Counted from the first letter of the stretch, positions 7,855 to 16,941 are shown. The stretch is DNA of 64,000 nt from Pirellulales bacterium (GCA_016929515.1 JAFGIR010000016.1:26390-90389), one strand, 5' to 3'. Numbers and translations are program-made. The notes: generated from the letters alone by a model not told the origin.

Positions 7855-8640
7855 TCACTCGTCGTCGTTGGCGATTTGTTCCATTACCCAGCGATCCATG
7901 CTCTGGAGCATTTGCGGACAGAGTTCTTGTCCGCAAGGATACTGTCGGAGCGTGATAGACAAACCAGCACTGTGGAGAAGACGTAGATCGTCACACACTT
8001 GGTTGGGGGGATAGCACGTGCTGTCACGTCCTGCTGCTAGAAAAATCGTCAGACGTCGTGCCTCGCTCAGGTGGCGAAGCGACCTTTGACCAACCGGAAA
8101 TGCACCACCCAAGGAGAGTACGCCGGCAAAATGCTGCGGGTAATTCATCGCGAGGTGAAAGGCCATGGTTCCGCCCGTGTCAAAACCAGCCAAAAAAACC
8201 CGTTTGGGCGAAATGTGATACTTCTGCCAGGCAATCGCGATACTATCGAAAACACGTTGTTCTGCTTGGGCGATGTTTTCGTCCGAAAGGCCCCACGAAG
8301 GTTGTGCTTGGCCCGATTCATCGAGTCTCTTGGTCGTGAAGCCGCGTGGGCTGACTGCCACGTAGTTGCGCATGCTGACGAGGGGCATGATCCGCGGGAG
8401 TTGTCGCTCGTCGTCGTTGGGTCCATGCAGCCAGACGATCAGTGGGTAAGCATAATTCGATTCATAGTGCTTTGGTGCGAAGAGAACATGTGGTACATCG
8501 CGAGAAATGGTCGAGAACTGGGCCGAACCAAGATCCCACCCTTGCTCCGCAGGTTCGAATTGCCGTGGTCGCACCGATGGTTGAATTCGGTTCATAATGC
8601 AATGATGCCAAGTTTGCTGTGAGAGATGATATTGAGGCAA
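7855..8640 (-). CDS. phospholipase/carboxylesterase-family alpha/beta-hydrolase fold protein with substituted catalytic triad
   Basis: The layout LIVWLHGPNDD ... RVFLAGFDTGGTMAF ... FLAAGRDSTCY ... YPCGQEL fits the Abhydrolase_2 pattern. The nucleophile elbow reads GFDTGG instead of GFSxGG, and the His position reads Gln. Confidence 0.7.
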   Translation of the reverse strand: MPQYHLSQQTWHHCIMNRIQPSVRPRQFEPAEQGWDLGSAQFSTISRDVPHVLFAPKHYESNYAYPLIVWLHGPNDDERQLPRIMPLVSMRNYVAVSPRGFTTKRLDESGQAQPSWGLSDENIAQAEQRVFDSIAIAWQKYHISPKRVFLAGFDTGGTMAFHLAMNYPQHFAGVLSLGGAFPVGQRSLRHLSEARRLTIFLAAGRDSTCYPPNQVCDDLRLLHSAGLSITLRQYPCGQELCPQMLQSMDRWVMEQIANDDE

Positions 8641-9167
8641 ATACGTGCCAGAAGGGCAACACGACGAGCTTTCCAGGAACGATCACCCAACCAAAGGGTG
8701 ACTTTTTCCCAACAAAGAGAGCGACCGGCAATGATTGTTCGTCGAACCACCGGTTAAACCCTCACGATCTTGACCGCAAACGTAAATGCCTGCGGATTTT
8801 CCAAGGCCAGACTCTAACGCATTGCCCGCTCCTCTGTCAAGCTCGGTCGGTTGGGTGGTGTGGAAGAGCGGAAAAAGGGAGCTTATTGAGATTCGCATTA
8901 GTAGTGGACTCAATGCGACCAACGGGAGCCCGATTTTCGGGACCATTCGGTGAAGCACCAGCCTCACTACTCTTGCGAAGATCAACGACACTTTTCGGCG
9001 GGGCTTCAAGATCAGAGCGATGTGAAAAGGCGTCTTGTCGAAACAGTACAGCGATGCAATGCTAGCACGTTTCAGCCTTGCCTTGAGCGAGACACACGTT
9101 CCACGATGTCGAGTTTTTAGACACCGCGTGTGGAAGGATACCTGTGCGAATGTCCATCGGCGAACGG

Positions 9168-10118
9168 TCAGCACGAGCATAGGTCGAGTTGCGTCATCTT
9201 TTCGACTAGTCGTTTCGTGGCGGCCACGCTCTTCTGAAACTGGGCGCGTTCCTCGTCGGTCATGTCAAATTCGACAATTCGTTCGACGCCTTGGGCTCCG
9301 AGTATAACAGGTACACCTACGCAGTAGCCGCCCACGCCGTATTCCTTGTCACAATAGGTGGAGCATGGAATTAGACGTTTCTCGTCGCGGATCACTGCCT
9401 CAATCATTCGCATCGTGGCCGCTCCCGCCGCGCAGGACGCACCGGTCTTCATCAAGCTGACAAGCTCTGCGCCGCTGTCGCGTGTGCGTTGGACCACTTG
9501 CTTCAGGCGGTTAGGCTTGATCAGTTGATCGACGGGAATACCGCCGACCGACGAACAACGAGTCAGTGGTACCATCGTGTCGCCATGACCGCCGATCAAC
9601 ATGGCATTGATGTCTTCAACGCGGACGCCCAATTCCATGGCTAGATAGGTGCGGAGCCGGGCCGTGTCAAGCAAGCCTGCCTGACCAATGACACGGTGAG
9701 GCGGAAAGCCGGTGGTCTGCAGTGCCTGCTGTGTCATGGTGTCGAGCGGATTGGTCACGACGATGACAATGGCCTCGGGGCTGGTGTCGCGCACTTGCCG
9801 GGATGCGAACGCGACGATCTTCGCGTTTACTTCGAGAAGCTCATCGCGGCTCATGCCCGGTGTCCGTGGTTTGCCGGCGGTGATGACGACTACGTCGCTA
9901 TCGACGGTATGCTCGTAACTGCCGGAGCCGATGATCGAGAGGTCGAATCGCATGATCGGGGCAGCATGGATCAAGTCAAGCGCTTTGCCTCGGGCGATGT
10001 CGCCTCCGTTGCGAGTGTCAACGAGAACCAGGTCGCCCAACTCGGCCGCCGCACACCAATGCGCCGTCGTGGTCCCGACGTGCCCGGCTCCGACGATCGT
10101 GATCTTCGGTCGCTTCAT
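9168..10118 (-). CDS. mdh: malate dehydrogenase (LDH-like type)
   Basis: Motifs KITIVGAGHVGTTTA, VVITAGKPRTPGMSRDEL, VVTNPLD and IGGHGDTMVP are near-canonical for LDH-like Mdh. Confidence 0.95.
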   Translation of the reverse strand: MKRPKITIVGAGHVGTTTAHWCAAAELGDLVLVDTRNGGDIARGKALDLIHAAPIMRFDLSIIGSGSYEHTVDSDVVVITAGKPRTPGMSRDELLEVNAKIVAFASRQVRDTSPEAIVIVVTNPLDTMTQQALQTTGFPPHRVIGQAGLLDTARLRTYLAMELGVRVEDINAMLIGGHGDTMVPLTRCSSVGGIPVDQLIKPNRLKQVVQRTRDSGAELVSLMKTGASCAAGAATMRMIEAVIRDEKRLIPCSTYCDKEYGVGGYCVGVPVILGAQGVERIVEFDMTDEERAQFQKSVAATKRLVEKMTQLDLCSC

Positions 10119-10120
10119 AA

Positions 10121-11581
10121 CTAGGTGTTCCTTGAGTTGGTCTCGGGATTGCTCTGGTTCGAACCGCCTTGCTCGATACTCGCAAAGTCAAACTGATTTT
10201 CGTCGTCCAGGCTCGACGCATCAGACTTTGCCAAGGGGCTGTGAGGGTTAATCCGGTTGCGTGTCGCTTGGCGAAAACGGCGGTCGGCCCGGCTGCGGAC
10301 AAGCAACCAGAGCCAAATACCTACCAGAATCAACACGAACATCACCCCGCCCACGGCGCCCCAAATCGACATAGCGTCTGTGGTGCTCCGCCCGCCCCAA
10401 ACTGGCTCGCTTCCAATCAGCAGCGGCGCCAACTGAAGCGGAGCATTGCCGTCAGCCGCCGCGCAAACGAGGGCCGAACGATAGGCTCTGCTCTTCAGAA
10501 AAAAACCGGCAACCGTCACCGGCTCGGAATACTCTGGGCCGTCACCGAGTGGCATGTTCTTCGGCACGTCGAGGACACAAAACACCAACGGGTTGCCCTG
10601 TGAATCTCTGGGGAACAGAGAGAGTTCGAAGTAATGATCGATGCCAAATCGCCGACGAATATCCGGATCCTCGACGCGTACTCGGAGCGCGCGGCGAACC
10701 GTGCCGGAGAACATTACCAGCTTGCCGTGTTGTCGGGCCGGATCGTTGAACAACGGCACAACCGAATAGCAACCGTCGCCGCGTTCGGCAAGCTGGCGAC
10801 GAGCTTCTTTTCGAAGTTGTCCCGGTTGAGCCCGTTTCACGGCGGCCAGCATCTGATAAAAGCACTCTCGCTCTTCGTTGCGGATGGGCTGCCGGTCGAC
10901 CAGATCGTCCAGTAGCCCCACGTCCATTCCGAGTTGTCCCAACAATTGATCGTCGGGAAAAAAGGCAAGTCGTGGCGCGGCAAATATCGGCAATTGCTGG
11001 GTGTCGTTGGCAAATCGCAAATACATCCCCCAGGCCTCGCCCGGCTGATTGATCGTGCCACCTTGATGCCACGTCTTCGGAACCGTCCTTGAGAAGACCA
11101 CGACGGGTTGCCCGGTGCCATTGAGCAGCATTTCGACGCGATAGTACTGCTTCACTTCAAAACGGCGAGCTACGTCAGCCGCCAGCCTCACCACGGCGAT
11201 TGAGCGGATGCGTCCACGCAGACGAAAGAACCGTCCTCGAAACGCGTTGGGATCGGCACGGATCCGGTCCCAATCGATCACATCGCTCGACCAACGCTCG
11301 AAATCGTCCGGCGAAAGCCTTGCCAATCGGAGGAGAATCCGTTGCAGTGTCTCGTCGGATTGCCCAGTCCAAGGGCGAGTATCCTGGAACTCGGCCCACT
11401 CGTCGTCATCGATGCCACCCAGCCGCAACCATTGTTGGGGCTCCGTCAATAAGTTGGCTGAAGAGTGATTCGACACATCGGCTCGAACGGTACCTATTGT
11501 CCAGAAAGCGGCAGCCGCCCAAAACAGTACCCTCGCAACGCGGAGTGAATTTGCGATCGTCGTGACATACATGATTGGCAA
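10121..11581 (-). CDS. hypothetical secreted/membrane-anchored protein (two internal copies of a module shared with 12072-12992)
   Basis: It has an N-terminal signal-like segment (RVLFWAAAAFWTIGTVRA) and a C-terminal TM (IWGAVGGVMFVLILVGIWLWLLV). The stop abuts the mdh start. The module G.LV..G...RA...Y....P.D..V.C.L..P...P.G..EP....GF..K is repeated. Confidence 0.7.
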   Translation of the reverse strand: MPIMYVTTIANSLRVARVLFWAAAAFWTIGTVRADVSNHSSANLLTEPQQWLRLGGIDDDEWAEFQDTRPWTGQSDETLQRILLRLARLSPDDFERWSSDVIDWDRIRADPNAFRGRFFRLRGRIRSIAVVRLAADVARRFEVKQYYRVEMLLNGTGQPVVVFSRTVPKTWHQGGTINQPGEAWGMYLRFANDTQQLPIFAAPRLAFFPDDQLLGQLGMDVGLLDDLVDRQPIRNEERECFYQMLAAVKRAQPGQLRKEARRQLAERGDGCYSVVPLFNDPARQHGKLVMFSGTVRRALRVRVEDPDIRRRFGIDHYFELSLFPRDSQGNPLVFCVLDVPKNMPLGDGPEYSEPVTVAGFFLKSRAYRSALVCAAADGNAPLQLAPLLIGSEPVWGGRSTTDAMSIWGAVGGVMFVLILVGIWLWLLVRSRADRRFRQATRNRINPHSPLAKSDASSLDDENQFDFASIEQGGSNQSNPETNSRNT

Positions 11582-11638
11582 ACGAGGCGTTCTCTGGCAT
11601 CAAAGGGCTAGGCCAAAACTCCTCCTGGGCTTTGTGTT

Positions 11639-11689
11639 GCATCCTGAGCAAAGCAAAGAAGCGATATCCTCCGCTATGCTCGGGATGAC
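11639..11689. repeat. REP-like hairpin of the 'CATCCTGAGCGAAGC' family (short copy)
   Basis: The sequence gcatcctgagcaaagcaaagaagcgat-atc-ctccgctatgctcgggatgac is an imperfect inverted repeat. It is intergenic. Confidence 0.55.
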
Positions 11690-11795
11690 CCGCTGCGAGC
11701 GACTAGGTGGCACGCGCTAGGTGTAATGGGTGACACGTTCTGAGGCACGAAGGGCATAGACGAGTCGGTTCGCTACGCCCTTCCCAGACAGAGTG

Positions 11796-11984
11796 TTACT
11801 CGGCACTTTGCTCGACCGTCGGTGCCGGGACGGGGAACACCTCGTCATCGCTAGCCACGTAGGCGAACATGGCCAACAGCATCATGGCAACAACTATGAT
11901 AGCCACCCACTTAGTGTTTCGTATCATTGTTTTCGTCTCGTTTTCAGGACCGGTGATCGTGGGGTCACTTATTGATAACTGCAT
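11796..11984 (-). CDS. possible small single-TM protein (43-62 aa)
   Basis: It has a hydrophobic core, WVAIIVVAMMLLAMFAYV. However, its first ~20 nt belong to repeat copy B, so the true start may be the internal ATG (MIRNTKW...). Confidence 0.35.
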   Translation of the reverse strand: MQLSISDPTITGPENETKTMIRNTKWVAIIVVAMMLLAMFAYVASDDEVFPVPAPTVEQSAE

Positions 11985-12071
11985 TTCAGACGTTCAGGTC
12001 GTTTCAGGCAAGAAACCTCAAAGAGAATTGGGATTCCGTTGGGCGCACTGCGTTCATTAGCTATGCAGTTT
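11965..12071 (-). repeat. intercistronic conserved element, copy B
   Basis: It begins right after the stop codon (12072-12074) of the upstream gene and runs into the first codons of the small ORF. It aligns with 2916-3021 (see copy A). Confidence 0.6.
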
Positions 12072-12992
12072 CTAATGGTCGACGCCAGGGTCTGATTGAC
12101 GTAGCGGCCGCGTCGTGCGACAGGTCCGTCTGAAAACATAGCTTGCGATGGCCGCCGCTATTAACGCTGCACTGCCGACGACAAGTATACCCCCCCAAAG
12201 GCCCAATGAGGGTTGGCTCAAAAACGACGATTCTGACGCTTGCTTCGTCCGGTCGCGCTCGACGGTCCGGGCAAGGACCACTGGGCATAGCTGGAGTCCC
12301 TCTTGCGTCTTCTTAAGCCACTGCTTGAAATAGAAGCCCGTGATGATTGCGGGCTCCGAAATATCCATGCCTTTCGGAAATCCGTCGGGCAGTTCGAGGC
12401 AGTAGACGACGATCGACCGGTCGGGGTCGTCATCAGGCTGCACCCACGTTTGATAGTAGCCGGTGATTCCGTAATCGTTCTTCGGTGCGTTGAGCCAGTG
12501 TGCTCGATGGATCGTACCGCGGATCGTCACCAACTCGCCGCGATAGGCCTTCGACTGCTCCGACAACTGGATGCGCGCGATCCGACCGATCGATGCGCGG
12601 CAAAGCTTCGCAGGATCGGCTGTCCGAAGAACGGCAAATAGATGGAACCAAGCGTCCTGTTCCTCGACGCGGAAGTGGGTCTTGTCGCGAATTGTCTCAA
12701 GAAACTCAGACTTGACACCGGGAAAATACTTGCCCGAGAATTCGTCGACATTTTCGTTTGGCTCGTTGTCTCGTTCGGCCCGTACTTCCGGGAAGAACAG
12801 TTCCCAGTTTTTCGGTTTGCGTGCCTCGTTCATTGCGATCAAGACGAGTCCCAGCGACATGACCAACAGCAACAAGCGCCCTTGTTCCCGCCGCCCAGAA
12901 TAATCGCGAGGTCTGCCGTTGCGCCGAGCGTTGACCATGGAAAGCATCCTCACAACACCAGGAACCATCGAGCGAGGTCCAGCGACCGGCAC
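12072..12992 (-). CDS. hypothetical membrane protein, paralog of the C-terminal module of 10121-11581
   Basis: It has an N-terminal TM (LLLLVMSLGLVLIAM) and a C-terminal TM (LWGGILVVGSAALIAAAIASYVF). RGELVTIRGTIHRA...IVVYCLELPDGFPKGMDISEPAIITGFYFK aligns with GKLVMFSGTVRRA...LVFCVLDVPKNMPLGDGPEYSEPVTVAGFFLK. Confidence 0.7.
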   Translation of the reverse strand: MPVAGPRSMVPGVVRMLSMVNARRNGRPRDYSGRREQGRLLLLVMSLGLVLIAMNEARKPKNWELFFPEVRAERDNEPNENVDEFSGKYFPGVKSEFLETIRDKTHFRVEEQDAWFHLFAVLRTADPAKLCRASIGRIARIQLSEQSKAYRGELVTIRGTIHRAHWLNAPKNDYGITGYYQTWVQPDDDPDRSIVVYCLELPDGFPKGMDISEPAIITGFYFKQWLKKTQEGLQLCPVVLARTVERDRTKQASESSFLSQPSLGLWGGILVVGSAALIAAAIASYVFRRTCRTTRPLRQSDPGVDH

Positions 12993-13007
12993 CGAATCGC
13001 TCCTCTA

Positions 13008-14069
13008 TTACTCGTCGAAGGGGCTGCGACGGCACGGCATGTACTTACAGAGCCCAATCCCGAGGAAATAGAGGATTATTAGCGGAACGGCCATCAGAAG
13101 CATACTGTACGGGTCGGCTGGCGTCAGGAACATCGCCAGAACGAAGATGACTAGAATGGCAACGCGCCATTTCGACAGGTAAGACTGAACATCAAACACG
13201 CCAATTCTCTCCAGAAAAAGCATGACCAGCGGGAGTTGGAAACTGATGCCGAACCCCAACGGCAGCACCAGTACGAAACTGAGCCATTCGGTGATCCGCG
13301 GCTCGATATCGATGCCCAACGAACGGTTGAACGCAAGGAGAAAATTCAAGACAGGCTCGAACACAAAGAAAAACGCTGTCGCCGCACCCGCCAGAAACAG
13401 ACCTAGGCTAAATGGCAAAAATACCCGGACGTAGCGCTGCTCGTGCGGATACAACCCGGCGGCCACGAACGACCAGATCTGATAGAAAATATAGGGGCTG
13501 GCCAGAAGCACGCCCACCAGAAGCGACGCTTTTACGTAGATGACGAACGCTTCGTGAGGATTGAGGCTCTTGGCTCGAATCCGGCTATCGTCCGCCGTCG
13601 GATGCCAAAGGAGCAACGGGATCATGTCCTTGATATTCTTTGGCTTAGCGTCTTCCACGTCCGCCGCCGGGAGGGTGGGGGTGTTGGCAGACTTCGAGTC
13701 GGGCCGATTGGCCACGGGAAGATTGCCAAACCGTTCTGGATCGAGCTGGCGAAGTTGGCAAATCACCTCGTCTGGGTCGACAAAGACTTTCTGTGGCAGA
13801 AGGTGGTTCTTCTTGACAAACTCGGACAGACCGGCCGGGCCGTCCGGCGAGGCTTCGCCGGCTTGGGTTTCGTAGTAGGTTGACAACGCCTTGACCAGTG
13901 GTGCCTGGATAAACTCAACTACATAGCCGCCCATCAACAGCCCGACTAGCGAAAAGGCCACCAACGCGATGAGTGATTTGAACAGGCATGTTCGCAGCTC
14001 TTCGAGGTGTTCCCCGAAAGTCATGGTGCTATCGGCAAACAGGTCGTCGTCGTGTTTGCGTGTTGCCAT
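13008..14069 (-). CDS. tatC: twin-arginine translocase subunit TatC (with ~100-aa loop insertion)
   Basis: Matches include FGEHLEELRTCLFKSLIA, SPYIFYQIWSFVAAGLYPHEQR and FLTPADPYSMLLMAVPLIILYFLG, with six TM segments. It is 353 aa versus ~250 aa typical. Confidence 0.9.
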   Translation of the reverse strand: MATRKHDDDLFADSTMTFGEHLEELRTCLFKSLIALVAFSLVGLLMGGYVVEFIQAPLVKALSTYYETQAGEASPDGPAGLSEFVKKNHLLPQKVFVDPDEVICQLRQLDPERFGNLPVANRPDSKSANTPTLPAADVEDAKPKNIKDMIPLLLWHPTADDSRIRAKSLNPHEAFVIYVKASLLVGVLLASPYIFYQIWSFVAAGLYPHEQRYVRVFLPFSLGLFLAGAATAFFFVFEPVLNFLLAFNRSLGIDIEPRITEWLSFVLVLPLGFGISFQLPLVMLFLERIGVFDVQSYLSKWRVAILVIFVLAMFLTPADPYSMLLMAVPLIILYFLGIGLCKYMPCRRSPFDE

Positions 14070-14486
14070 ATCATTAGGAGTGGAAGAAGAAACGAACCGT
14101 GTCGTGTCGATTCTCGGCGGCGACGGTGGGTTTCATTGGGTGGGTCATGGGGGACGATGCCGCCGCTGAACCTACAATCATACCACTGCGATGCCAACCC
14201 GGCAAATCCCGAAACGCTTGTCGCAACACTACTTTCGGCTTCCGGTTGTGCCGACTGACGGTTCGTTTCCTTGGGAGATCAAACAGGGTCGATATTCCTG
14301 TCGTCCCCCCCGTTGGCGCCGGCGGGATGTGACCAGCCCACGTTTCTTGCCAAAGCAATCGTGCTTCCAATGCAGCGGGACAATGCGGAATCCGGTCTAG
14401 CTTTGGTTGGTTGCGGTACCTATAATCGGCCGCCCTCGATTGGGCCCCGATCAACAACTGGCTTCGCCGGCCAAGGACGCCTCTTG

Positions 14487-14741
14487 ATGCAGAAATTTCT
14501 CTTGAGCTTGATTCTGACGGTTGCGGTTGCTTCCGGGTGCGGTCCTCGATTTGGTGTGCCGAACTGGTCTTCCCCCGGCCCGGCCGACATCCAGCGATTT
14601 CGTGCCGAGCGGTTTGATCCCTACCCAGAAGTCGTCTCGCGCTCTGAGATGACGGGTGTCCGTCCTCGAGAGTACGAGAAGCCGGAGTCCGTCCAGCAGG
14701 AACCGCGAATACCTGATTTTCTGAACGTGCCGCCGCAGTAG
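14487..14741 (+). CDS. small lipoprotein (84 aa)
   Basis: The internal start gives MQKFLLSLILTVAVASGC, a signal peptide with a lipobox (VASGC). The long antisense ORF 14074-14751 has an Arg/Ser/Pro-rich, non-protein-like composition. Confidence 0.55.
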   Translation: MQKFLLSLILTVAVASGCGPRFGVPNWSSPGPADIQRFRAERFDPYPEVVSRSEMTGVRPREYEKPESVQQEPRIPDFLNVPPQ

Positions 14742-14984
14742 GCCCGGTCAACCATTTGCCGAAAAAAGCCGTTTTCTTCGGTTGGGTGGCTGGCGGTGAA
14801 TGCCGGCGCGGGAAACGGCCAATTTGCCTTTATTTTGAGCACGGCTGTGCCATCCTTCGGCGACCCCCTTGGTTTTCCCGTGGGCCGGGTTCCAGCCGGT
14901 CTCCTCCTGTCTTTTTCGTTCCCGGCGACGTATGATGGGGTGGCTGTCACCTCGCGTTGTTCGTTTTCGAGAGCTTCCGCTGCC

Positions 14985-15854
14985 ATGCCGTCTCGCCCCC
15001 CTCGAAAGAAGCCAGTCTCTCGTACCGCCGGATCTAGATCGGCCAAGCCGTCTCGATCTCCTCGGAAGAAACGTTTGGTGCGTCAGACCAGGACGAGACC
15101 GGCCAAACCGGCTCTTCCGGGCGCGACCGCAGTCGAGGGTGAGCGTCTCCAGAAGGTCTTGGCCGCTTCTGGCCTGGGAAGTCGCCGTCAGTGTGAAGAA
15201 CTAATCCGCGCCGGACGCGTCGAGGTTGATCGGCAGGTCGTCACGGAACTGGGGACTCGGGTTAACGTTGAAGCACAGGAGATCCGGCTCGATGGCGCGC
15301 CGCTCGTCCGGTCCCGTCGCGTTTACTATGCCGTCAACAAGCCCGACGGCGTGATCTCGACCAATAGCGACCCGTCGGGTCGACCTCGGGTAATCGAGTT
15401 GGTGCCGAATGATACCATGCGATTGTTCACCGTGGGCCGGCTCGACCTGCACAGCGAGGGCTTGATCCTGCTTACCAATGACGGCGAGTTGGCCAATCGT
15501 TTGACCCATCCGCGCTACGGCATTGAGAAAACCTACCGAGTGATGGTCGCCGGGTGCCCGGAACGTGATGTCCTGGACCAACTGCGTCGTGGCATTCGGC
15601 TGGCCGAGGCGTGGGTCCGCGTGCCGGTTGTCAAAGTAATGTCGCGTCAGAAGAGGTGTGCCGTCTTGGAGATGGTGCTAGAAGAAGGACGCAACCGCGA
15701 GATTCGCCGCGTGTTGGCCAAGTTGGGCCACAAGGTGCTCCGGCTTGTGCGGATCGCGGTCGGACCAGTGCGGCTCGGGAAACTCGCGCCAGGCGAGTGT
15801 CGCCCCCTTAGTCGACAAGAAATCCAAGCTCTACGCAAGACGACAGGAATGTGA
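14985..15854 (+). CDS. rluB: 23S rRNA pseudouridine synthase, RluB/RsuA family
   Basis: It has a basic N-terminal tail, an S4 domain (RLQKVLAASGLGSRRQCEELIRAGRVEVD) and the catalytic block GRLDLHSEGLILLTNDGELANRLTHPRYGIEKTY. The start is taken at ATG 14985 (MPSRPPRKK). Confidence 0.85.
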   Translation: MPSRPPRKKPVSRTAGSRSAKPSRSPRKKRLVRQTRTRPAKPALPGATAVEGERLQKVLAASGLGSRRQCEELIRAGRVEVDRQVVTELGTRVNVEAQEIRLDGAPLVRSRRVYYAVNKPDGVISTNSDPSGRPRVIELVPNDTMRLFTVGRLDLHSEGLILLTNDGELANRLTHPRYGIEKTYRVMVAGCPERDVLDQLRRGIRLAEAWVRVPVVKVMSRQKRCAVLEMVLEEGRNREIRRVLAKLGHKVLRLVRIAVGPVRLGKLAPGECRPLSRQEIQALRKTTGM

Positions 15855-15935
15855 CACGCGGAACCCTCGATCCATGACAATTCTGTGCCGGCGTTGTTTG
15901 TCCAACGCCGAGCGAAGCAGAACAAACACGATTCC

Positions 15936-16817
15936 ATGAACCACGCATTCTCAAAGACGCCCGCCTATGCTGACTCCCCGTGGCAGGGTACTGTTTTGAT
16001 CGATCAAAGCGTCGAAATCGCTCGCCATACCTATCGAGTTCGTTTCCGTGCGCCGGAAATTGCTCGTCGGGTCGTGCCTGGCCAGTTTGTCATGCTCCGG
16101 TTGCCCGGCATGCTTGACCCGCTGTTGGGCCGCCCATTGGCGGTCTACGATGTTCTTGACGAACAAGGTGAACCGGCTGTTTTGGATGTTGTCTACGTGA
16201 CTGTTGGGCACATGACGCGGCAACTGGCCCAACTCGGACGTGGCAGCCTGTTGGAGATCTGGGGACCGCTAGGCAACGGATTTGCGCCCGACGCGGTGGG
16301 CCATCTTGTTATCGTGGCTGGTGGCATCGGCCAGACGCCCTTTCTAATGCTTTCACGCGAGTACCTTGGTTGGCGAACCTACGGCGATCCGCCGCGTGTT
16401 GTACCTCGGGCCGAGCAAGTAACCCTTTGCTACGGCGTCAAGTCGAAGCCTGAGCTGGCTTGCGTCGACGATTTTCGAGCAGCGGGTGTTGAGATTCGCC
16501 TAGCCACCGACGATGGTTCGGAGGGTCATCATGGGCTGGTCACCGAGTTGATACGCCCGGTTGTCAATGAATCGACCTCGCCGTGCCGGATCGTTAGTTG
16601 TGGGCCCGAACCGATGATGGCCGCCACGACCCGAATCGCGAAGGAATTGAACGTGCCCTGCGAGGTCTCGCTCGAGCGGCCCATGGCCTGCGGCATGGGT
16701 ATCTGTTTCAGTTGCGTGGCGAAGATCCGCGATCGGCAAGGGAATTGGGACTACCGGCGAACGTGTGTCGAGGGGCCGGTCTTCGACGCCGAGAACGTCG
16801 AGTTCGAGAAAGCATAG
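15936..16817 (+). CDS. pyrK: PyrK-like FAD/NAD-binding oxidoreductase with C-terminal 2Fe-2S site
   Basis: Features are VPGQFVMLRLPG, RPLAVYD, VAGGIGQTPF and the C-terminal cluster motif MACGMGICFSCV. There is no pyrD next to it. Confidence 0.75.
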   Translation: MNHAFSKTPAYADSPWQGTVLIDQSVEIARHTYRVRFRAPEIARRVVPGQFVMLRLPGMLDPLLGRPLAVYDVLDEQGEPAVLDVVYVTVGHMTRQLAQLGRGSLLEIWGPLGNGFAPDAVGHLVIVAGGIGQTPFLMLSREYLGWRTYGDPPRVVPRAEQVTLCYGVKSKPELACVDDFRAAGVEIRLATDDGSEGHHGLVTELIRPVVNESTSPCRIVSCGPEPMMAATTRIAKELNVPCEVSLERPMACGMGICFSCVAKIRDRQGNWDYRRTCVEGPVFDAENVEFEKA

Positions 16818-16941
16818 CACCCAGAGGATAATCTGGAAACGAATTGGCCGCAGGTGGTGCCTGGGGACAATTCCCAGCGCATTGGGAAAGGCCCAGTTTC
16901 TTGGATTCTCAGACACCCGATTAGCAGACGTGCGACTATGG

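Noticed and set aside
14074-14751. 225-aa minus-strand ORF between tatC and rluB.
   Set aside because: Its composition is Arg/Ser/Pro/Ala-rich and not protein-like. The opposite strand encodes a short protein with a textbook lipoprotein signal (MQKFLLSLILTVAVASGC), which I preferred, though only with moderate confidence.
16818-16941. Possible bidirectional terminator between the convergent pyrK-like and rpsT genes (CTGGGgacaattCCCAG).
   Set aside because: The stem has only 5 bp and there is no adjacent T-tract on either strand, which is too weak to call.
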